From the NCBI GenBank assembly GCA_963924565.1, contig OZ004609.1, positions 19,220,001 through 19,284,000 on the forward strand: DNA of 64,000 nt. Reading direction: 5' to 3'. This document shows positions 50,101 through 61,289 of the stretch, piece after piece. The stretch is from Ascidiella aspersa (lineage: Eukaryota). Below the pieces are notes generated by a model, which made no database searches, had not been told where the DNA came from, and saw nothing but the letters and a program-made list of their open reading frames with translations. Within the stretch, counting starts at the first letter, position 1; each line of letters opens with the position of its first letter. Made by a program: the position numbers and the translations under genes.

Positions 50101-53100
50101 TTGCGCCTAATTGTGCATAACACAAACATGGGGGGTGGGGAAGCAATTACTGTGCTTGCTTTAAATATGCCTAGGTAGTGCAGTGTCATCGTTTTTTTTT
50201 TCAGGCAAGCAATTACCAACGTTCGCCTAATCATTAAGCGTCAATCAAAAGTTATTGTGCAAGCCTAACATGTATTAAAAGCAATATAGTCACTTGGGGT
50301 AAAAAAAAATTTGGTAAAGTTGGGGTAAACAAAAACAATGTCATCACACCTAAAGTATATATAATTTTTTTTTAATTTCTTTTTCAGGTGAAAATTACAT
50401 TCTTGGCCTAACCAATAAGCCCTCAACCATTTTAATTTTTTTTCTCTGAGTAAAACAACAGTTGTTAAATTTGTGTCTTAAAAAGGTTTGTAAGACCATT
50501 AGAAACGTTTGTGTAATTCCTATACAACCAAGTTTGTGGCAATGGCCTTTATTCTGTGTTGTGTCATAACATTGATCTATTAAACAAAAAATACCTTACT
50601 TTCCTGGCTGTTTTAGTTTTTTAGATTTTATTCAGAAAATTTAAAGCGTTTTATTCAGAAAATTTAAAGCTATACACCAAAATGAATGAATACCAGGTAA
50701 CATTGGTGCCAAAAGAAAGTGAAACATTTAAAGAAATTAATCAGTCATGAAAAGGGACTTTTATTCTGATACCGATACCCGATATTTTCAACAAAGTGTA
50801 TTGCGATCCAAATCAATACCACATGAAGGTAATATTATGCTCAAAAAGGCAAAATAGATTAAATTGAAACTTCTAGGGTTATTCTCTTCAGGTTAATTGA
50901 TCAAAATTTGCCTTAACAGTAGGTAAGTAATTAGCTTGAGATGTTAAACTTCTATAAATTTACCTTAGTAGAAAAAGTAGAAAATTTATTTTTAGTAAAC
51001 ATAACAAGTGGCCCAGAACCTAAACAAGTGCAGATCACAGAGGTAGACTTGAGCAATTATTTTAGACTTGTCCCATAACATAGGGGAAAGATATGAATGT
51101 TTTTTGTAATGATGAGGATGAAATAAAGGCAACTTAGCAATTTAAAAATAAGAAAAAGCTAATAATTCCAGGTTGTCCTCGGACTGGCCCACAAATCTAA
51201 AAACTCATGTTGTTGAGGTAATTTACTTAGAAAATACCACTGATGACTAGTGCTAACTGTTGAAAAGCACAGTTTTAATTTACCAGGGAGAAATTAGTTG
51301 CTTAAAATATTTTAAACAGGTGCAAATTCGGGGTACCATAATGTAATCATCAAAAATGTTTTTTTTTACTCAAATTCTCTTTCCATTAAAGGTATTCATG
51401 AAATTTGCGTATTGTTGTGGCTTTGAAACAGCATTTTTAGTCTATTTATTTTAAATAAAGTCGAACCTGCTTCTATAAATTATTATAAATGGTCCTAATG
51501 TACACTTGTTTTTTATTACCCCCATTTTACAAGCCACATTTGGGGAAAACAAAGAAATGTTATGCTTGTTTTAAAGATTACTGTTCAATTTAAAACACTA
51601 AGAAAAATATATGAAATTGACGAAGGGCTCTTATACAACAACTGACTAGCGACTTACAGGTCAATACATTACATAAATTTAACATAAATTTATTTAGTAG
51701 TATGTTTGCTATTTATGTAGACATTTTTAACTGGTTTTGCGAGGAGACTGTAAGTTTGTAACACATTGGTGAATGTCAAACACTAACAAATTATTAATGG
51801 TGATTAAAATCTGGTTTTCCTGCTTATATTTAGTTACTGTGACTTGCTAGATATATACATACTGAACAGTGAGTATGGCGATTTTAGGATCCATGAAAAA
51901 GATTTATAGGATCCATGAAAAATAGACCTAATTACAGCCATTGCCGTGTAAACAGATTTATTTTATTAGAAATCCACAAAATACAAAATTGTAACACAAA
52001 ATTAAAAGCTTCCAGCCCAATGCTGCTTTTGGCAGCGCTTGTGGCAGTTAACTCCACACTAAACTACTGATTTTAAAATGAATCTAAATAGTCACTCACA
52101 GAAGTTTTTAGCGACTAAACCGTTCAATTATTTTATTCTATGTTTTGATTTAGCCCTATTATGATTTGGTAACTTATTAAAATTTTCCACTTGATTAATC
52201 ACTCATTTATATTTCGACGGCTTGCTTTTACAATCTTGTTTTTTTATATTAAAAAAATATTTTTTATTTCTATGAGAACAAAATTGTAAGAAACAAGCAG
52301 CATATTTATACTTTTAGTCTTAAAATATCCTAGATGAACTTTAAAAAAAATCACAGATAGAATTATAACACCATTTGTCAAATAGGTTTATCCAACATTG
52401 TTTTCTACATATGGTAATTCCACTTATATAAAGAATTTTCTATAAGGGTAGGGCCTTCATCAATTTATAACTGTACAACTCATGATACTTTGAATAATAA
52501 AATATAAAAAAAAACATCAACTTACCATCTTCATCTTCAGCCATGCTTTTTACCTGTTCAGAGAACTGTTTTAGAAAAAGAGGATTTGGGGAAATAAAGA
52601 CTAACAAACCATAAATTATTATCAATAGAATTGTAGGCAATATAAGATTTATGCTAAAAATAGCAGTACATCATTAACAAACTTTTATTTTGCCTCTGTT
52701 TAAATAATAAACAAAATAAACCTTTTCTTTCATTTCCAACCATTTATCATTGCTGATTTGAGGAATTGGGATAGCTTTTCCAGTTTCATAGTTCTCGAAA
52801 AGTTTTGTCATGTCGGAAACAGCAATATAACCCTACATATATAAAGGTTTACTTAAAAATAAACAATAAATGACCAGGATAATCAAACAACCAACCAAAA
52901 AAAAGACTAGTTTAAATCTTTATAACATAATTTTGTCCGAAAAGGTGTTGACATATTTTACACCCTATAATCCTAAAAACTAGTTTTAAGGTACAAAAAT
53001 GAATAGCAATGAGATAATGTAAAAAAAAATGTATTTACCTATAGCTTGCCATGTGGTTATATAGCCTGCAATAGTTTAAATTTGTATTTAAGCTACATGC

Positions 53101-54940
53101 GATGAAAAAATACACAAAATGGTTTGCTAAAAAAAAACACAAAAAAGCATAGTTGGCCTCCAACATCCTCAAAGATGAGATGTGTTTTAATTTATATGTT
53201 AGTTTATTTGGGAGTTATTTAATGTGTCTGCCAACTTAAAAGAAAATCGGCAGCTCTGTGGATTCCCATAAATCTGATGAGGTCAAGCAAATGAAAGACA
53301 GATAAATTATGGTTTATAAAAAAAGATGTCTAAAAAAACAATAGTGCTTGCTAGGACTGCCGAGGACCATGACATAAAAAAGTGACAGCCAAAAAAGTCT
53401 TCTGTGAAGCGCATTTAGGCAATTTGCAGATTTTTTGGCATGTAAAAATTTGGGCACCTGCACATGTGGAAAAAAATTAAACGGAACACTGGTGCTGATG
53501 TTTCTATGTGCCTTACAATAGATAAAGTAAGTGAGCTCAGCGCGATTATTTGGCATTCGTAAAACTGTGGAGCAATGTAATCATTTGTTTTGTTTTTTCC
53601 AACGTTTACTTTATTAATTGTTGTTTAAAATAAATTCTATTCTTTAAACTGACATATAGTTATAGTTATCCACCAGATGTAGTTTAAACAATATTTATAA
53701 TATAAAAAATATTTGCCATGTTTAAAGACCCATTAGTTAATGGGTTTTGTTAACATTATTTGCAGTAAATAATCCTAATTTATACAAAGTTATATGGATT
53801 GTAGTTTAAAGGTTAACTTTTTCCATAAATATATATATATACTTTTGGAAATAGTAGTGCATTAAGGGTATCCTCAGAAATTTGATTGCAAATGTAGATA
53901 TACTGATAGAAATGGAAGACATAATCAACAAAATCAAAGAATTAGTATCCATGAGTTCAAGAGTAGCATTGATTAAAACTTCACTGGGTTTTCTCTATTT
54001 TTTTGATATAGGGAGGCGTACTTTTAGAAACAAAAACTGCATGAAAAGAACAGCTAGCTTTTATAATTACTAAACAATGACATCCCTTTATAAACTTAAC
54101 CTGTGAAGTCAAATATGAAATTATTTTATAGTTTCAAAATACAAACATCCTAGATCCATCCCTGTATAAAACACCTTATCACTATCTATGTTGTAATGTC
54201 ATATTCAGCAGAAGTCAGAGCCTATCAATCCAACAAACAAATATAAAAGTAAGCTTACAACAGTAATGATAGGCAATGAACATCCTGCAAACCAAACCAA
54301 TGCTTGTGTTAAGGACAGGTCAACACCACCAGACATCATTCTCCGCTGCAATGTTGGTTTATATTGGTTGAGAATGGCTGAGAAAAATAATGTACCATAA
54401 TCATTTAGTAGGGGGAAGTGGACATTTTGTACTTGCCATTGTGTGCAACTGGTGAGTGCCCTAAGTAAATAATTGTTGGTGTATTAAGTTGAGCGGAATT
54501 TTTTTTGGTTGATTGGTGTTATGTTAAACAACAAAGATGATACCAATTATGCAACTACTAAAACAATAATTAAACAAAAACATCAAGCATGGTAAAAAGT
54601 CCAGGCATTCTAGGGTAGTGCAATTATGGGTAAATGCTTGCCAACTGTTGGTGAGTTCAAATCATAATTTATTGTCAATCCCTGGGCTCTTGACTATGGA
54701 TGTGACGTGCAAGCAATAAAATGCCAGAAATTTAGCAACGTTAAAATGCATGACCCTAGTCTTAGCAGATGATCTCCTACCAACTGAGCTACATATGCTT
54801 AATAAGTTGAGTACTGCTTATAACAGAGAATGAAAGTTCAAACAGACTTAAAATTATTCAATATAATTACCATTTGAAACCGGTTTTCTTAAAGTTGAAA
54901 ATCTTCTTGTTCCTGTGGCAAACAGCCTTGTAATCAACAT
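47157..54940 (-). CDS. Small mitochondrial-presequence, single-TM, acidic-tail protein (MGARP-like architecture), ~170-185 aa
   Basis: Exons 54940-54871 (MLITRLFATGTRRFSTLRKPVSN), 54377-54259 (..QRRMMSGG..ALVWFAGCSLPIITV), 52832-52722 (GYIAVSDM..), 52565-52526, candidate microexons 52114-52100/50607-50600/49257-49248, 48841-48762 (EDDEEDG..), 47571-47541, 47477-47433, 47176-47157; phases are consistent. Confidence 0.72.
48338..48375 (-). ncRNA. Second hammerhead copy with mutated core (GAGA for GAAA)
   Basis: Minus strand reads TCACTGATGATGGCATTAGAAATTGCCGAGACGTTTAA. Confidence 0.7.
48471..48508 (+). ncRNA. Minimal type I hammerhead ribozyme (Penelope-type), intact core
   Basis: TCA-CTGATGA-T-GGCA(ttagaaat)TGCC-GAAA-CG-T-T-TGA: both conserved cores, a 4-bp stem II, palindromic ACGT in place of stem III, and a short stem I TCA/TGA. 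Confidence 0.78.
54735..54795 (-). repeat. Degenerate tRNA-derived SINE head
   Basis: Minus strand TGTAGCTCAGTTGGTAG (A-box) followed by decayed tRNA-like sequence; B box not intact. Confidence 0.4.
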
Positions 54941-55893
54941 TTTTCAATTCTGTTCTTAGACTAAAACTTAATTCAACTGTAATCAAGCCGAAATGTATTA
55001 TTGGCATATGTTAAACTTTATTTCAGACTGAAACCTACTGAAGGCAGGGGCAGATCTCAGTTTTTGTTTGTTTTTATGATAGATTTAATTTTATTTTAGA
55101 ATGTTGGTATAGATGTGTGAAATGTAAAAATAAGAGAAACAGTTGTACTTTACGGTGGTGCGGAGAAATACTGTTAAAGGTGAGAGCCGTCAAATCAGTA
55201 AATGAGTCATTGCTTTTAAGTTACTTTTAACTAACAACTGAACAGCACAATACACACTACTGTACATAGATCTGATAAATTGGAAGATGATTTATTGCTA
55301 AAGACCTGTTCAGTAGTACGAAATTGTGAAGTTGGAAAAAAGGAAAGCCATGAAAAAGTCCCTTCTGTGAAAAAAACTTGTGGGTACAAATGTATACCAT
55401 TTAAAGTGGGCTAAGCATTCATTAGCATAAAGGTGGTTTTTAATGGAAAAACAAAACTTCAAAGCAAACAAACCAAAAATACTTGGCGCTAGACTAAAAA
55501 TCCCACGATATATACCTAAAATGCCAGTCTGCATCCTGTGGCAGGCGCAAACCTTGTGTGGCAGACTGGAGTTAGTAATTTACAAACCTAGGTTGTGCTA
55601 GATTTGAAAAAATCAGGTGTGCATAAAACTTTGATTGCACACCTGCACAATTTGGCACTGCACACCTGAGATATGGGCGTGCAAAGACTGGGTTTAATGT
55701 AGTGCACAAAGATGCAACTTAAATATTGGTTTAAATGGACCTGGTCTAGAATCCTACCACAGCGTTCAAACAACCATTAAAGCAACGTTCATTTTTGCGT
55801 TAGGGTGAAAGTTAACGTTTGGGGTGAGGTGGTTCAAGCATTTTTATTTAATAATAATGCTTAACCCACCCTAACACTAACCCGCGCCCTAAC

Positions 55894-56130
55894 CGAAATA
55901 ATATGCGTTTTGGTAGGATTCTGGACCAGCGCCGTGCAAATACATCCAAGGAAGGAGATGACAGCCTAGTATCACCGGTACGGCCACGGCGTACGGGTAA
56001 GGCGAACCGGAGAAAAGCATTTTACAGGAATGGCATTCCGCACCGTTTTGGGTTACTTTTACCACTGCTTTAGACAAAAAAAACCTTAAAACTCAAACAA
56101 ACGGTTATTTTGTACCGCCATTGCTGAAGT
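55894..56130 (-). other. Probable 5' exon of the mitochondrial-protein gene (UTR, uORF or alternative N-terminus)
   Basis: CpG-containing segment ending in donor TCG|GTTAGG; ATG at 56020 opens 42 codons to the donor; 5' boundary approximate. Confidence 0.45.
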
Positions 56131-57207
56131 AACGCCAACGCGTAGCGCGTATCCAAATCAGTTTCGTTTAACCTTTAACCTCTAAATAAGTTGACCTTGA
56201 AAACAGTTTTTTTTTTTTCTGGGTATACTTAGGCTTGCCATATTTTAAGAACGTAAATCCGGGACGCATATTGAAAACTGCATATATACTTACTGTAGAC
56301 CACATACAAAAGAATTTAATGCAACTAATTAACCTAACGGGGTTGCGGTTGTTTTATATTTTGTCAGGGGCTATTTTTCAGGGCCCTATTTTTAAGAGTG
56401 GTTTGTCTAAGTAATTTGAACTGTAACCGAAAGTAATGTTTTGTATTAAAAAAAAAATTGAGTCGGGTAAATACTTTCTACAATTAAAGTAGGATGTGGC
56501 CCTCGTGAAAGCAGCAACAATATTAGGCCGTACGTGTTGGCAAAGGCACTGTTGTGTCCATAACTAATTCTCATTCCCCGGACCAAATCATTCTCAAGCA
56601 TTAAACAAAATGTAAGATGCCATCTTAAAACTATTACATATTAGGTTGTACTTTGCGTCATTTTCTTGAGCCGCGTGTTATTGCCGATGATTTAAAAAGG
56701 TAATTTACCATATGTTACTAAAAAGCGTTACGAATAGCGTAATATCCTAGCTTTAAAGCTAAATAGTGTGAATAGTGGTAAACATGTTATTTTTTTTCTA
56801 AATAAAACATTTTAATTTCTCTAATCGTTAATTGTTATACAGCATATATGTTGGTCGCCCTTGACTATTTTTTTTCTTATTGTGCCTGAAATGGGTTAAC
56901 TAAATGCTTTCCCACCAATGGAGTCACATTCTTTAGACTGCGTGGAAGCAGCATTTAATCGGATGGCGTGTTATAAATTAACGCATTTATCTGCGTGACT
57001 GTGAAACATCTAATCGTTCGTCTTCGCAAACTAAAATTATACATTTTGTTGAAACAAAATTGCAAATAACGCATGCTTATTTGAAATGAAACGACTAGGC
57101 TAAATGTCCAACGGCTAAGCACGTCAAACATCTTTTACGCAACAAAAACCAGTGACATATATCAATAGGGAACCATTCACTAACGTCAAACCTTAAGTTG
57201 AATACCA

Positions 57208-58700
57208 CAGGGATTGGCAACCTTTTTTGCAATGCGGACCGGTTTAAAACTGAAATTTTTGTGGCAGGCCGGCCTTAAAAAAACAAATGTTTAGTAAAGA
57301 AAATTTCAATCCGAAGTTTAAGCTTGTTTTGCGCAAAGAGATGTTTCCGTCTGGAAATTATTAAACTTAATGAAACCCGCGGGCGTTTTCCTAATTACAC
57401 TTTATAGCAGTGGTTCTCAACTTTTTTGTACCGGTGACCCCTTTTTGGTGCTTTCAAATGGTCGCGGACCCTTAACATATTTCTGGTTCATGATATCTGC
57501 GTTTAGTTCTTTTTAGTAAATCGGTATGTCTGCCTGGTGCACCTTGTGTTGAGTAAAGTGACGCACAACACCAATTTACTTTATGACACGTTTAAGTGAT
57601 TTCTGCTGCTGCATCGCCGAAGCAAGTCTTAAAATGCGTGGTGGTGTTTTTGACACTGCTAGACGTCATCTTTGAGAATGATAGCATAAATCAAAATCCA
57701 GTACATATGTACTGTTGTAATTCTGCCTTCCATTTTACAATCTATTGTGTTACATCACAATGGAAATTGTCTGTCACACTCGATTCGATTTACAACATGT
57801 TACAATGTGATTTTAACACTTACCATAAAATCACATTGTAACACCCGGTTGAGAACCACTGCTTTATCGTATATATACCATTTTACATTTGTATACAGTG
57901 GTGGGATTCAAATTTTGTCATCCGGTTCTATTACAAATGTCATATTTTTCAGCTGGTTCTGTTATAAAAAGTCATATTATTATGCAAATAAACTGATTAT
58001 TTTTTTATATATACGACAGAACTTCGTTTTATGAAGATAAATAGAAGGCAGTGCAATAGCAAAATAAACAGCAGTCGTCTCATTACGCAACAATTCAAAT
58101 TTCAGACAAACAATCACAAAAGGAAAATTTCTAAAACTGTAAAAATTAACATCATGTGTAACTGTTACATGCGAACTTAACCATCGCACTTGTGCTATCT
58201 CTGGATACGTTTTAATTGTGTGTTTGGGCAGCTTAACGATTTTCGTACGTTTCCTTGGTGTCACGTCCATCGGGGACGACGGTTGGAACTCAAATTATTC
58301 ACAGTTAAAACAATAACCACGTTCTGAAACCTGATGCAATATTAGCTGATGTAGCCTAATGATTGCATCATCCTGATCCATGGCGCATGACCAATTTTTT
58401 ATATGCGAATAACATCTGCTATAACACTAAAACATTCAATAAAAATGACAAGTACGCCATATGGATACGTACTGTTTTCTGGAATTGAAATGTGATTTAG
58501 CTTATACTTAATAAAAAATCTCGTTTTGTTTCAATTAATATGCAAGGGTGTATATGCATTTATGTAACTTATATGGCCACAGCACAACAGTTGTTTTAAA
58601 CCTCACGAGAGCTTGATACTAATTCGGGTTTAAATCAAAATTTTATTTTGGCAACCCTGCTACGGACCGGTAGCAAACTCCTCGCGGATGCCGACCACTG
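57208..58700. mobile_element. hAT-type non-autonomous element hosting nested insertions
   Basis: Ends CAGGGATTGGCAACC / TGCCGACCACTG; TSD GAATACCA/GTATACCA; CGGACCGG subterminal motifs at both ends. Confidence 0.65.
57408..57861. mobile_element. hAT-Charlie-type MITE nested in 57208-58700
   Basis: TIRs CAGTGGTTCTCAAC / GTTGAGAACCACTG; TSD CTTTATAG/CTTTATCG. Confidence 0.88.
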
Positions 58701-60198
58701 GTATACCAGCCATTGTTCACATTGCGTGATATTCAGCAAATAAGTAATCCTCCTGGTATCATACTGCGTCCAACGTAAGTAAAATCTCGTTTAAAACTGA
58801 AAATTTGTTACTATTAAAACCGCCGCATTAAATGCGAAATTTTGCGAACTCTGCCTAAATTTTGCGCGGTAACAGACATTAAAAAGTTTTTAAACATAAG
58901 TCTTAAGTTTGAAACATAAAAACTTATTTCTATTAAGGCAATCAGTATGTTATGACTTTAATTTGATTTGTAATGCTGAAAACCCGCGATCTTAACGATC
59001 CAAAATTACTAACAAATGTTAAACTTCAAGTTGTAACAGAATTGTTTAGACTTGCGTAATATTCAAAAAATGTCCGATACTAAATATTTTATTTCGAAAC
59101 CGATACATTACCCGATATTTTGGAGAAAAAGTAACGCGATTCGCTACAAAAATACGTCATTTCTATGCGTAAATAAGCCAATTAATGAAATTGAAATGTC
59201 TAAAGCTAAGTTTTTCCAGGTTATTAGGCTAAAATTTGATTTAGCGCAAAAAAAAAAAGTTTAATGTTATACAGTTGTGAACATGGGCCTACCCATATAG
59301 TTTTCAAAAAATACCCTTTAGAGTAGAAATCCCTGCGTTATTTAACAAACCTAGGCCTAAATTCGTATATTAATTTCTGACCGGATCGGCACCGATACCA
59401 CAATAGCATCGGACAGGTACCGATACGAACACTTTGCTTGATATCGGCTCGATCTAATATTATCACACACCCCTCGCAGTGACAAATCCAGGAGTTTACG
59501 TGCCCTTCTCCACAAAAATGTATTTTTTGCGAGGATGAAGTTAGAATAATTTTACCGCAACGCATGAAAATTTTAAGATGGCGACCAAAGTAACTTCATA
59601 ACAGGACATCTACCGTAGTTGTTTTAAGATCCTGAGGCTATCGTTCGATGTAGTACACAGTTTAAAATAGCTAAAATCTTAGTTGAAATACATTTAAAGA
59701 TATAGTGGGATAGCATGGTGAAAAACTGAAATGTTTCTGTAAACATTTTTTACCGGTACGGCGTACCTAAATTCCTTTGTTTTTTCCCCGAACGCCGTTC
59801 CGGGCCGTTATTTCTTATACTTTAATCACTGATTTTTTTGTCTACTTTAACTACGGTAATCCTTTTGTGCTTTCAGACGAATGTGTGTTATGTTTCAGCC
59901 AATTTTGATTGGGCCTAAATCGTTTTTGGCCAAAGTGGCAATGTGTCTCATCCAACACTCTACAGTCAACAATGAAAGTTTTGGCATCTTAAACGATCTA
60001 AAGCCGTGCAGGTCATACTGTATAGCAGTTGTTCTCAACCTTTTAGTTGCCGAGACCTTTTCCAGTTTTCGAAAACTTACGCCACGGTCGCCACCCCCTA
60101 ATTTTGGTGTATCTAATTTAGATTACAATCATGAACAATTTGATGTTTCAAAATTTGGCACAAATGTGTGTTATATTTAAAAAACAGTGTGTTTAAGG

Positions 60199-60360
60199 CA
60201 GGGGCGTATTCAGAAAATAAAAAAGAGATGTCCCGAATTTTCAACTAGGTAATTCCCCTATTTTCCGTCGCACGTTAATGGTGTAACATAATCGTGAAAT
60301 TACGCCAAGCAAACACGTGCGTCGTCGACACTCCTGTAAGGCGCCAGCTGCAAAACAGCT
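60199..60360 (-). mobile_element. Inverted terminal fragment of the inner element of the composite MITE family
   Basis: CAGGGGCGTATTCAGAAAA...AATTCCCCTATTTTCCGTC...GGCGCCAGCTGC is a diverged reverse complement of about 62615-62866. Confidence 0.7.
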
Positions 60361-61289
60361 AGAACTTGAATTAATTAACGACAAAACATACTTCACTATA
60401 ATTTCGAACCTTGGAAAACTGTAAGCAGCGGCACACCAGGGAATACCTTCCCTCGCGAGAGGTTTTGTAATATTAATCTAAATGCGTTTTAAGTATGTCT
60501 TATGTAGGGTTACCAATTTTTTTGACCTAAAATCGGGACGCTTTTAAACAATCGCCAGAAATAGCATTTTCAAGTTCAAGTATGACGTCACAAATATACG
60601 TCACCACGTGACGTCACCCAACATGTAACCTAAAGAGGGCATTTGTCACTATTTGTGGGCAGTCAATTCTCGCGCGAATGTGCTAGTAAAAAATAGAACT
60701 AAATGTAATCCGGCTGACTACGACGAATTGACGAATCAAATACTTCGCGCTGGAAAAAAGACGGGACGTATCCTTGACCATAAATTGTGACGTATGGTAT
60801 TGGTGAGCCTATCTAATCGTATTTTGATAAATTTGTTTTAGACCAAAGCCGTCGTGTGTTGCATCCCATCATCGAAAATGAGAGTTGTGGCAACTTAAAC
60901 AATAAAAAGGCGTTTGTTTCGCTCTGTGTGAATCGATAACATATTTGTAATATAGCTTTTGTATTAAAGGTAACGCCTCTCTTGAAAAAAGAGTAACCCC
61001 CTTAAAATAAATGAACTATTTAGTGTTCTTAAAATTATTTTTTATGACTTCACGTTTATATGTGACTTCGTAACGTCACCTTTTGACGTAACTTTGTGTC
61101 GTCACATTATGACGCAACTTGAAACTTCATGTCGAAAATAATATTCATGCCGCCCAAACGAAAATCCGCGCCTGATTTGCAGTAAAACACTTTGAATCTC
61201 CGATTAGAACGTCTGTTATAAGTTGTAAACTTCCCAGTTAAATATATACTTTCATGTCAGACCGAACTATTTCCGTTGGAATCATTGGG

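Noticed and set aside
10178-51921. Short tandem duplications (about 10178-10213, 20732-20777, 50626-50670, 51886-51921)
   Set aside because: Two-unit slippage duplications; not CRISPR-like or otherwise structured
52790-52832. GYIAVSDM read as an EF-hand loop
   Set aside because: Better explained as the end of the TM helix that starts in the preceding exon; no DxD ligands upstream
53270-53305. CTGATGA...GAAA resembling another hammerhead (also at 51240)
   Set aside because: No stem II pairing and no GAAAC..UH arrangement
53039-54221. Extra AG..GT segments on the minus strand (54221 ALTSAEYDITT*, 53564-53517, 53065-53039)
   Set aside because: They introduce stops or interrupt the TM helix; cannot be told apart from cryptic sites without RNA data
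55860-55895. CCCTAA-like telomeric repeats
   Set aside because: Only a few degenerate units
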